From Rickettsiales bacterium (GTDB lineage Bacteria > Pseudomonadota > Alphaproteobacteria > Rickettsiales > UBA6187): a DNA stretch of 64,000 nt. The translations under genes and the position numbers were made by a program. Where the stretch lies: the NCBI GenBank assembly GCA_040507985.1, contig JBEVNR010000057.1, positions 14,128 to 78,127 of the forward strand. Reading direction: 5' to 3'. Positions 8,492 to 20,400 of the stretch are shown piece after piece (within the stretch, counting starts at the first letter, position 1; every line of letters starts with the position of its first letter). Under the pieces are notes generated by a model. The model searched no databases. It saw only the letters and a program-made list of their open reading frames with translations, and was not told where the DNA came from.

Positions 8492-11400
8492 TTACAACCC
8501 GTATTTTCCTCGTAAATACCCCATAATGGCCGCCTCGCTCTGGCCTTTAACGTGATTCTCGAAAATAATTGCTTCCGCGACGTCGTGGCTTGCCGTCGAG
8601 GCGTTGCCGCCGATATGCATGCCGAACGTCGTGTTCAGCGGCGGGAAAGAGGATAATCCCTTTGTCACCGATTGATTGACCGTCGACGACGCCGAACGTC
8701 GCACGAGCGTCGTCATGCCCATAAAGCGAGACGACGCGCTCACATAGGCATGGGTGACGACGGGCAACCCGACGGAGTCGGAAAGATTCATCCGTACCGC
8801 CGATTCGCCCGTTATGTCAAGCGACGCGTGGCCGTAACGGTAGCCTACGCCTCCCGGAAGCGAAGGATTGGCGTAGCTTTCGGCGTAATTCTGTTCGTCA
8901 AGATAGAGCGACCAATAGCTTCCGCCGTAAGGAAGCGACAGGCCGATATTGCGCGCCGGGTCGCCGAAGGCGATCAGGTTGTTCGGCGCACGCGTATTCT
9001 CCGTCGTCACCACGAACACGCTCAGCTCGCTTGCACTTGCGCCGAAGGGATCGGGAACGTCTAAACTCCGCGCCTTGCCGCTTTCGTAGGCGAAACGCAG
9101 CGCCGGCAACCCGCCGATCCCCGACCCTGCATAGGCGGGCCGCAAGGTCGGATCCGCTTGCGTCGCGTCGTTGCCCTTGCCGGATTTGTCGCGCCATATG
9201 GCGGGGCGAACGGACTGGTCGTAGCGCAGCGAGCCTTGGCAATAGGGATCGGAGGCGTCGAGCCATAATTTTACCTCCGGCAAACCGCTTATGCCGCCGG
9301 GAGACGAGGAGGACAGGCATTCGCTCGTTTCGGGGTTGCGCACGATCGTAATTCCCCATTTCACGCCAAGATAATCCTCCATCGCCGTCATTTGCGCCAG
9401 CGTCACGTTTTGGTCGCCGTAGGCCAATATTTCGCCGACGGCGCCGCTCCAGGTCGCGTACCCTGCAAGCGCTCCGGCGGCGCCCACCGCGTTCGATCCG
9501 TTCGCCTGCCCGCTGCGCGCGGGCGGGGAGTCGGCCATCCGTGTTATGCCGTTGGTGCGTATGCGGCGCATATTCCCGTCGTAATACGCCGAAACGACAA
9601 AGGGTTGGCTCGTCGAAAACCCGAGGGCGCCGGCGGAGTAGGAACCTTTCCAGCTATTTTCGATCAGCGTCGCGCTGCGCATCGCGATGAAATTGCCGGC
9701 CATGTCGACGTCGGTGCGCCCTAAATTGAGCAGCCCCTGCGCCCGCGCCGTCTCCGCCGTCGCCACGGCGAACAAGGCGTAGCGTCCGGCGCCGTTAAAG
9801 GCCGCGACGTTCGGCAATCCCATGTAATCGTTCGCTCCGTCGAACACCATCGCGGACTTGCCGGAGAGATACGACTTGACGTATAGCGGACGGTAATTCG
9901 CCGTCGATTGCACCGCGTCGTTGCCGTTCCGCGACTTATCGCGCCATATGCCGGCCGCTTCGGCGTCGGAATAATTGGCGAGCGTTCCCAAACATAGCGG
10001 GTCGTCTGCGTCCAGCCACACCGCCGGCGTTTGGGTCACGCCCGAAACGGAGGGCGACGCAGCCGACATACATGGCGCCGTCGTCATGTCGTAGGCGGCA
10101 ATCGCGTATTTCGTGCGCAAATAGCTTTCGAGCGACGCAATTTGCGTGCCGGTTAGGCTCGTGCCGGCATAGGCCAGGACTTCGCCGATTTTTCCGTCCC
10201 AATTGGAATATCCGTCCACGCCGCCAACGGAGAAACGTCCGCCCGCCTGGCCGTTGCGCGTTCCGACGCTTTCTTCCGCCAATTTTGCGCCGTTCACCCG
10301 CACCGATCGATTGAATCCGTCATAGGTCGCGCTAATAATAAAGGGAGAGGTGGGCGCAACGCTCACCGGCGCGTTGGTGCCGTCGGACCACCAGCTATTG
10401 CGCCATTCGTAGCCGGACGTTCCGCTCGCCAGCGCCAGCACGTTCGATTTGCCGGATTGCTGCGCGTGGTGGAAGGCGAGCAAGCCTTGCGCCCTCGTCA
10501 CGTCGGCTTGCGCCGCCATGAACACGGCGTACACGTTCGCCCCTTCGAGCGCCGTCATCTCCGGAAGATCGAGCGCGTCGTCCGTGCCGTCGAAATTCAT
10601 CGCGCCCTTACCGTTCGTCCAGCTTGCGACGTAGAGAGGGCGAGGAGAGGCGGAATCCCATTGCGCGGCGTCGTTGCCCTGGCCGGACTTGTCGCGCCAT
10701 ATGGTCACGGCGGCCCCATCGGCGTAGGCGGGAGAGGCCCCGCACAGCGTGTCCGATCCGTCCAGCCATAGTTTAAGCCCGGTCGTCACCCCCGTACCGC
10801 CCGGATTAGAGGAAGACGTGCATGCGCCTTGCGCGGGGGGCACGACGAACGCTCCCCATTTTTGGCCTAAATAATTTTCCACGGACTTAGATTGCGTCGC
10901 GTTCAGCGCCCCTTTATAAAGTAAGACTTCTCCGACGTCGTTTTGCCCCCAGTAATTGTTCCGCACGTGGGAAATATAATACACGTCGGGCGCGATCGTG
11001 GAGTTATTGGCGAACGGATCCTGCGCGATAAGGTTTTTATTGCGATAGACTTGCGCCTTTCCTGCGGCGAGTTGCAGGCGCCACACCGCCATGCCGGCGG
11101 CGAGCGCGCCCGACATGTTCACGTCGCCGTTATCCATGGCGACGGAGAACGTGCCGTCGGTCTGGCCGACAAGGAAGGACAGCCCGGCCGGTTCTTGCGC
11201 GACATAGCTATAGCTCGACGCTTTTTTGTCGAACGCGAATATCGCGTCGCTATCGGAGGCGCTATCGTAATTGCGCGAGGCAAGGAAGATCGTAGCCTCC
11301 CTTCCCGTCAGCGAGAACGCCATGTTGCCGCTCATCGCGTCGTCGACGCCATCGAACCGTATGACGGGCAATCCGTTCTCCATGTTCTTTTTGTAGGTGG

Positions 11401-14400
11401 GAGAACCGTTTTTCAGCGTCGCGTTATAGACGTTGCCGGACTTGTCGCGCCACAGATCGACCGCCGCCCCGTCGGCATATTGCACCGACGCGCCTTGGCA
11501 ATAGGGGTCGTTCGCGTCCAGCCAGACGGTTAGCCCGGCGACGACTCCGGTCGCGCCCGGATCGGCAGTCGACGCGCAGGCGGCGGTTCTATTGTCTTTG
11601 GCGAACCATTTCGCCTGTAAATAGGATTCAAGCACATTCACGTTCGCCGCGCTTAGGGCGCCTTCATATAATAATATTTCGGCAAAATCGTTGCGTCCGA
11701 AATTGGCGCCGCGCACGTGGGATACGTAATATTTATCGGGCGTGACGGTAGATGTGTTCGCGAAATTGTCTTGTCCCGCCAACGCTCCGTTGCGATAAAG
11801 CGACGCCACGCCGGATTTGAGCGCCAGACGCCATACCGCAAGCCCCGTGGGAATGTCGGCCAACGCGTTTATATCGCCTTGGTCCATCAAAAGCTGCGCC
11901 TTGCCGTCCGTGGAGTAAACGGCGAAATTCAGTCCGGCCGGTTGGAGCGCCAGCGTTGCCGTCGAAGGCGCGGAACGGTCGGTGGCGAATATGCCGTCCC
12001 AGTCGGTGACGGAGTCTTTATTGTCCGCCGCAATGAATATGGTTGCTTCGCGATTCGTAAACGTTAAGGCGCCGAAGCCGCTCATCGCGTCGTCCACCCC
12101 GTCGAAACGCACGACGGGCAATCCATTTTGCGCGTTCGTGACGTAACTTGGCGTGCCGCCGTCCAATACGGCGTCATATCCCCTACCGGATTTGTCGCGC
12201 CACGTATTGACGGTAGATCCGTTTGCGTATTGGGCGCTTGATCCTTGGCAATACGGATCGTTCGCGTCCAGCCATAATTTCAGGCCGGAGGTGACGCCGC
12301 TTCCGCCCGGCCCGGCATTCGACGCGCAGGCGACATACGCCGCCGTGCCCCATTTATTGCCCAGATATTGTTCGACGGAACGCATTTCGCCGTCGGACAA
12401 GGCGCGATTATAAAGAATAATTTCGCCGAAATCGGCTTTTGCCATCGATCCGTCGCGCTCATAGCCTATGGTGACGACATTCGACGTCACGGCGCTTGCA
12501 TTAACGTAGGCGTCTTCCGCGACTTTCACTCCGCTGCGGAACATTTTCAATGCCCCCGCTTGCGCGCGCATCGACCATACGGAGAAATTGACGTCGGCCG
12601 CCACCAGCCCCACCATATCGTAATTATCGCGTTCGGTGAACAATTGCCCGTCGACGTCGCTGACGCCGAACACAAACGCGTTAGGATCCTGATACACGTT
12701 GCTATAGGCCGAGTTGGTATTGTCTAACGTAAAGAGCGCCCTCCAGTCGCTTTGTAAGTCTTTCGGAGCCATCGCAAAAAACAGCGTCATTTCCCGTTGC
12801 GGCAAACTTATCGGCGCTTGTACGGCCATGGCGGAACCGGCGTCCGCGCCGTTAAAATACATCACGGGCAATCCGTTCTGCGTATTTTTCTTATAGACGG
12901 GAGCGTCGTACGTCGTGACGGCGTCGCGCACGTATCCGGATTTGTCGCGCCATACGCTAACCCTTTCTGCGTCTGCATATTGGTTGGCCGCGCCTTGCGC
13001 TTTAGGATCGTTCGCGTCCAGCCATAATTGCAGCCCGCTCGTCACGCCCAAATTGCCGGGATTGCCTCCCCCTGCCCCGCCGCCGGAGGTAATGCCCCAT
13101 TTCGTCATTAAATAGTTTTCAAGCGCCGTTATTTGCGTATCGTTCGGCACGCTGCCGCCATAGACGAGCAATTCCGCCTCTATGCCGTCCCAATAATTGC
13201 TTCCTGCCGCATTGCCGCCGATACGGTTCGAACCGTTTTGCGTGAAACTTGGCGCGCCGGGAGCGTCCTGGCCTTTAAGCGCGCCGTTTATTTTCAGTTT
13301 ACGCGCGGAACCGTCCCATAAGGCGGACACAAGAAAGAGCTGACCTTGCGTCACGCCCGCCGCCACCGTTTGGTTGCTTGGCGCGCCGCTCCAATCTTGC
13401 TTCCATATATTGCCGGACGTCAATAATTGCGCGTTGTTTTGCATGATGGAAATTAAATGCTGCGAGGCTTTGGAAACATCGTCCGTCGCGGCGACCCCGA
13501 ACACGGCATACGGCGCGTTGCCGACAAGCGAAGAGAAATTTCTCAATATTACATCATCGCTGCTGCCGTCGAAATTCATCCCGGCACGGGCGCCGGGCAA
13601 ATTCGTGACGTCATAGGTCGGCCAGGCGGCGGGATTATCCTGAACGGCGTCGTTGCCGTTGCCGGATTTGTCGCGCCACAAGGCGACCGACGCTCCCGAC
13701 GCATAGCGCGACGCCGCTTTTTGACAATAAGGATCTTCCGCGTCGAGCCATAATTTCAGCCCCGCCGTCGCCCCCGCGCCTCCCGGGTCGGACGACGATG
13801 CACACGCCGCACCTTCTTTTGGTATGGTAATTTTCCATTTGTTCATTAAATATTTTTCGAGGGCGATGCGCTCGGCGTGCGTCTGCGTTGTGCCCACATA
13901 GGCTAACGCTTCGGCGATCGCGCCTTTCCACGGGTAGAGTATCGCGCTTGCGTTGCCCGGATCAGGCATCGCGCCGATCATGTTTCTTGTGCCCGGCGAG
14001 AAATTCGGAGCGGAAGGAGAAAGCCATTTCTTCGTTTCGCCATTCTTTTTCACCAGCAATTCGCTGCCGTTCCATACGGAGGAAACCAAAAACAATTGAT
14101 TTACGGAAGGGGTTACCCTAGTTAATTGCTGGCCTCCTCCCCATGATTGATTCCATGAATTGATTGGAGTAAGGCTTTGCGACATGTATTGCGCCGACGT
14201 CGTATCGCTTAAAGAAACGACCGTTCCGCTCGCCGCTCCAAGCGAAGACGCGCTCATTACCATAAAAGCGGCGTACGGGGCGTTACCCGTCATACTCGGC
14301 ATAGACGGCACGCTTAAATAATCGTCCGTACCGTCGAATTTTATCAATGCGGGCAGGGAGGCGTCCGACGTATCGTAAGTCGGTTTGTTCGCCGCCGTGT

Positions 14401-17400
14401 TTTGCGTCGCGTTACTCGCGTTGCCGGACTTGTCGCGCCAAAGATTGACCGCTCCGGCGTTCGCATAGGGGGTATATCCGCCTTGGCAATACACGTCGGC
14501 GGCGTCGTACCATAACTTTAATCCCGTGGTCACGCCCGTGGCGCCCGGATTGGGGGACGACGTGCACGGATAGGCGGAGGCGTCTATCGATATGCCCCAT
14601 TTATTGGCAAGGTAGGCGGTCACGGCGTTTATGTTCGCCTCCGTCAGCGTCGTGCCGCCATAGACCATAATTTCTCCGATATGGCCAATCCAGCTTTGGT
14701 CGGCGCCCGCCCGCTGGCCAATATAGCCAAATCCGTCGAAATATTGGTTTCTGGCGCCCGGCGTGTCTTGATTTCTTACTACCCCGTTAAATCGCGTGTC
14801 ACGCGTCGTGCCGTTCCAGGTGGCAAGATAAATAAAAGGCTGGTTTGCCGCAATCGACGCAGTGGAGGTGTTTTGCGTCGTTCCGAACCAATCGTGCGCC
14901 CATTGGTTAGAAGAATTTAAAAAATGGGAATTAGAAGAACGATTCGTCCATTTGCCAAAATCCAACAGCTTTTGCTGATAACCTGCTATGGCATTAACCT
15001 CCGTTAGCGCGAAAACATAGTAATTCGCGTTACCGCCTAAGGATTTGACGGCAGGAACGTTCATACGGTTGGCGTTTGTGGTGAAATACACGGAGGAAAG
15101 TCCATTGCGCCAGCCGGAGACATTCGTGGGTTTATAGCTTGCCGTGCTCTGCCTTGCGTCGCGCCCGTTGCCGGATTTGTCACGCCAAAGGGAAATGGCG
15201 GCGCCGTTCGCATATTGGCTTGCGGAGCCTCGGCACAAAGGATCGGAGGCGTCCAGCCATAACGATAAAAGGTTCGTTGCTCCGGTGATTTTGGGATCCG
15301 CCGATGAGGTGCATACCGCAGGAAAAGCCGATATCGCCCATTTATCCGCCAAGTACCTTCCGATTTTCACCACGTCGGGATCGCTCAGCACGACGTTGCC
15401 GTAAACAATGGCTTCGGATATTTTTCCGTCCCATTTTTCCCCCGACGTTTGCAGCGCGCGCCCGATGGAGTTAATGCCGCTTTGTTGGCCCGCATGGGCG
15501 GAAAAAGAGGCTTCCGCCCGCGTCACGCCGTCAAAACGCAAGACGCGAAGCGCATTCACGTTATCCCACAGCGCCCCGTAAATAAACGCCTTGTTCGCGG
15601 CAAGGGCGCTATCGGCTTGCGATACGTCGAGATCCCCCCCCCACCAGGAATTGCGCCAATCACCGGAGGCGCTGCTAATGGTGTTTTCGATATAGGCGTT
15701 GGTGATATTCGGCGTTCCTATCGAAATGATGGACTGCCTCCGCAACGCGTCCGTTTGCGCGACCATAAAAATCGCGTAGGAATTGTTTCCGAGCAGCTCC
15801 GGCAGATTGGGAAAACCGATATAATCGTCCGTGCCGTCAAAATCCATCGTCGGCAAGCCGTTGAGTCCGGTTTGTATATATTTAGGTTTATAGGCGTCGA
15901 CAAACTGCACGCCGTTTGATTCTTTTCCCGATTTATCCCGCCATAGGCCGACGGAGGCGTTGTTCGCGTATTGCGTCCCGCTTCCCATACAATAGGAATC
16001 GGCGGCGTCCAGCCACAGCGCCAAGCCGGCCGTCACGCCCGTATTGCCTGGATTGCTTCCCGAGGTGCAGGCAAGCGGCACGGATATGCCCCATTTTGCC
16101 GCAAGATAGCGTTCTACCTTAATGACGTCGGCGTCGCCAAGCGTCGCGTTGCCGTAACCTATGGCCTCAGCAATTTTGCCATCCCATCCACCATAATTTG
16201 ACCGTACCTTCCCGAATCCGTTCGCTTCTCCGTATTGAAGCGCGTGCGTCCCGGAATTCGTTTCCATCGCCAGCATTCCGTTAAAGCGAAATTTCCGCAC
16301 CGACGTCAAAGGGTTCCATACCGCCGAATATATAAACGGAGCGTTAGCGGCTATTTTGGATACCGACTGCGTAACGGATCTATCGTTGCTTCCCCACCAC
16401 GCATCTATCCATGTACCGCTTGAATCAACCATCGCGGTTCCTTCATAGGCATCGTTCGTGCCGCTTTTACCTATAACAAACAACATTTGTTGCTTTAATA
16501 CATCCGGCTGCGCGACAAAGAAAAGCGCATAGGCGTTGTTGCCGGAAAATTCCGACATATCCGCCATCGCGAGCACGTCGTCCGTACCGTCAAAATCTAT
16601 GGCCGACAGAGAGTTGACTGCTGTTTTACGGTACGCCGGCTTATAGGCCGCCGTCGTTTGCGTCGCGTTATTGGCCTTGCCGGACTTATCTTTCCATAGC
16701 GCTACCGCCGCGCCGTCGGCATAGGGCTGCCCCGTTCCGGTGCATAACGGATCGGCGGCGTCCAGCCAGAACGTCAATCCGCTCGTGACGTTCGTGCCGC
16801 CCGGATTGCCGGCGCCGGAGCAGGCCCCGTACGCGCCCAGTCCCCATTTCGCGGCGAGATAATTTTCTACGCTCGTCATGTTGGCGTCGCTGAGCGTCGC
16901 ATTGCCGTAGGCGATGATTTCCGCGATTTTTCCGTTCCAGTATGATCCGGGGGACGGGGTAAAGTGACCGATCTGGTTGCCCCCGTTTTGCTCGCCGGCA
17001 AAGGCGGGAGCGGTCGCCTCATATTCCGTCGCGCCGTTTAAGCGAAGCGTTTGCAGCGTGCGCGCGGCGTCCCACCGTGCGGCATATATAAACGGCGTCG
17101 AAACGCTAAATTTGGAGATATCGATCGTTGCCCCGCCCGCGCCCCAATTATATTTCCATGCGTTGTTCGCGGGAGACATCTCATGCGACGTAAAGGAGTT
17201 GACGCCAACGGCGGACTTGCCGACGCCTAACAGCGTTTGCTGCGCGATAACCTCCGGTTGCGCTACGACAAAAAAGGCGTAGGAACTATTCCCCGTAAAC
17301 GCCGCCATGTCCGGAAGCGTCAAATAATCGTCCGTTCCGTCAAAACGCATCGCGGGCTTTCCGGTCGCCAATCCCTGTCCGGCATAGACCGGTTTTTTCG

Positions 17401-20400
17401 ACGCCTGCGACTGCGCGGCGTCGTTGGCTTTGCCGGATTTATCGCGCCATAATCCGACGGCGGCGCTTTCGCTATATTGCGCGGCAACGCCGGAACATAG
17501 CGGATCGGACGCGTCCAGCCAAAACGTCGGCACGCTTGCCACGCCGGCCGGCGCCACGTACGGGGCACACGCGCCAAGAGAGGACGACGTTCCCCATTTG
17601 GTCGCCAAATAGGTTTCCAGCGTTTGGGCGTCGGAGGACGTGATCGCGCCGTCATAGACGATAAGCTCGCCAATATCCTGATCGCTTGATCCATACCCGA
17701 CATAAGCGCCGCCTTTCGTCGACAGATTGCCGGAGGTTTTCGTCGTTTCCGCCGCTTTCGTGCCGTTCACCACGATTTTGGCTTTTAAGTTAGAGCTTGA
17801 ATAATAGGCGCGCACAATGGAGATGCCGCCGACGGACGTCGTGCCGGCAGGCATGGAAAGCGTCGGCGCACCCGAAGTGACCCATTTCCACATCGGATTC
17901 GTCGAGCCGGCCGCCTGTAAGTACAACCCTGCCTCCGCAGCGCTCGGCGCGCCGTCGAAGCTAATGAATTTATTGTCGGCGGCAACGTTCTCGCGCAACG
18001 CGGCAAATATGTACATGTCGGCAAGTCCGCCGCCGAACGTGTCGGCGCGCTTCATGGCGTCGCTCGTGAAGCGTATCGCCGGCAGCGCGTTCATATAATT
18101 CGTGCGGTATTCCGGCATAACGGCGACGTCGGTTTGCGACAGCGCGGCGTTATGGCCGGACTTGTCGCGCCACAGGAAGATTTTTTCGCCGTCCGTATAT
18201 TTCGTTCCCGTTCCCTGACATAGCGGATCTTCCGCGTCGTACCATAGCGCAGGCGCGCGGGAAAGCGTCGCGCCGCCCGGCAAGGTGGAGGACGAGCACG
18301 CGGCGTTGATCGGCGAGGCCACGCCCCATTTTTGCGCCAGATATTTTTCCGCCGCCCACGCCTGCGTCGGGCTTAGCGCGCTATCGTAGAGCAATATTTC
18401 CCCGACGTCGGCGCGTCCGAAATTTTGGCCTCCGCGCACGTGGCCCACATAATACGCGTTCGGCGAAATAAGGTCGGCAAGATACGACGCGTCGCGCGAC
18501 GTCACCACCCCGTTTTTTGCGACGAACGCTTGCGCGCCGTCGATTTCCGCCCGCCATACGCCAAAGGAGACGTCGGCGGCGGAAGAAACGTTAATGTCTT
18601 GATTGTTGCTCAGCAATCCTACATTTTGATCGGAGGTCCCTCCTCTTCCGAAATAGATTAACGACGGATCGGAAAACGGCGATGCGGTAGACGCGCGGTC
18701 GTCCAGCGTAAAGACGGCGTCGCTATGGCCGGCGGCGTCTCCGGCGGCAAGCGCGACGACAATCGTCATTTTTTTGTCGGGGAAACGCCAGGACGCATAG
18801 CCCGTGAGGCCGTCGTCCACACCGTCGAACCGCATGACGGGCAGCGCGTTTTGGATGTTTTTCTTAAATATCGGCGCGCCGTAGACGATATCAGCATGGT
18901 AGTTGTTTTTTGATTTGTCCGCCCAGCGATAGGGAACGGCGCCGTCTTCGTAAAGGGCGTTGTTTTGGCATAGCGGATCGGCGGCGTCGAGCCACAATGC
19001 CGGCGTGGCGTCTACCCCGACGATCATGGGGTTGGAAGACGAGGCGCACGTCCGCGCCGGACCGGGAATATCGTATTTATCGCGCAGATAGGTGACGACC
19101 GTCGCTTCTTCCTCCGCCGTCGTCGCGGCGTTATAGGCGACGAACTCTTTTACGTTCCACGTGCCGCCGCCATAACCGAGCATCACGTTCGATAAATTGC
19201 TTACGCCGGCGCCGGCGCCCGTCCATTTCATGCGCCCTCCCCTATCGCCGCCGGCTTTAATGGCCCCTTCTTGGTAGGAAGCGAAGCCCATTTCGTGTTT
19301 GGAAGAAGAGATATAACCGCCATAGACGCCAAGCGCGCCGAGCGTCTCCAGCGCCGCGCTCGACTGCAACGACGTATCGCCGGTATGGGCGAGCGTCCAC
19401 GCCCCGGCGTTGGCCGTTTTCGCCGTTAACGAGAAAATCGACGCGTTGTCGGCGCTAAGGAAGGTCGCGAAGCCTTTTTTCTCGGCGGCGACGGCGCCGT
19501 CGTAGGCTATTGGAGCGATCGCCATATAAAACGACAACTCGCCGCCTGCGCCGAACGCGCCGCCGTGATGCCATAGGGCGGCCTGCTCGAACGTCGCCCC
19601 CGGTTCCACATTCGAGACGTAGGGAATCTTATTGCTTGAAAAAACGTTATTTTTAATGCTTCCGGGCTGCGGATAAACGTCGTATCCTTTTCCGGATTTA
19701 TCGCGCCATATTAAAAACGGATTAATAATTGTGCCGGCGCCGCCTCCGGGCAGAGCAAACTTATCTCCCGTGCAATAGACGTCTTTGCCGTCCAACCACA
19801 ACGCCATGTCGGCGGCGCGCGATTCCATTCCCGGAATGGAATCCGGCACGCAATCCGCCAATATTTTTATAGCCTCGACAATATTCCATTTTTTGGCGAG
19901 CGCAAGATTCAGCGCCCGCGCGTCGGCGTCGTTATACGCGCGGTTATAGGCAATAACCTCATGAACGGCGCCCCTCCAATATACGCCTCCGGCGCTACCC
20001 AGCATAAACGCGTCGCTTGCACTTGACGCCCTGCTTTGCGCCGGCGCGTCCGCCGCGCGCCATAACCCGTTTTTATAGATTTTTCTCGTCGTTCCGTCCC
20101 ATGACGCTTCATATAAGAACGTTTCTTGTTGCAGCGCCATGGGAAAGGCGTGGACCATAAAGGTTTGTTGCGGAACTAAAAGATCGTTGCCTTTCCAGCT
20201 ATTTGCCCAATTATGCGTTGCGCCGTCAAATAGGTGCGCGTTCGCGTGATTGTTCGTTGAGGAATCCGGTAAGGCCAGCATCCCGCGCGCGGCGCTCACA
20301 TCGTCTAAACGTGCGACGGCAAAGATGGAATAAGGCGCGTTGCCAGCAAGTTCCGTGACGGCCGGCACGCTTAAGCGATCGTCCGTGCCGTCGAAAACGA

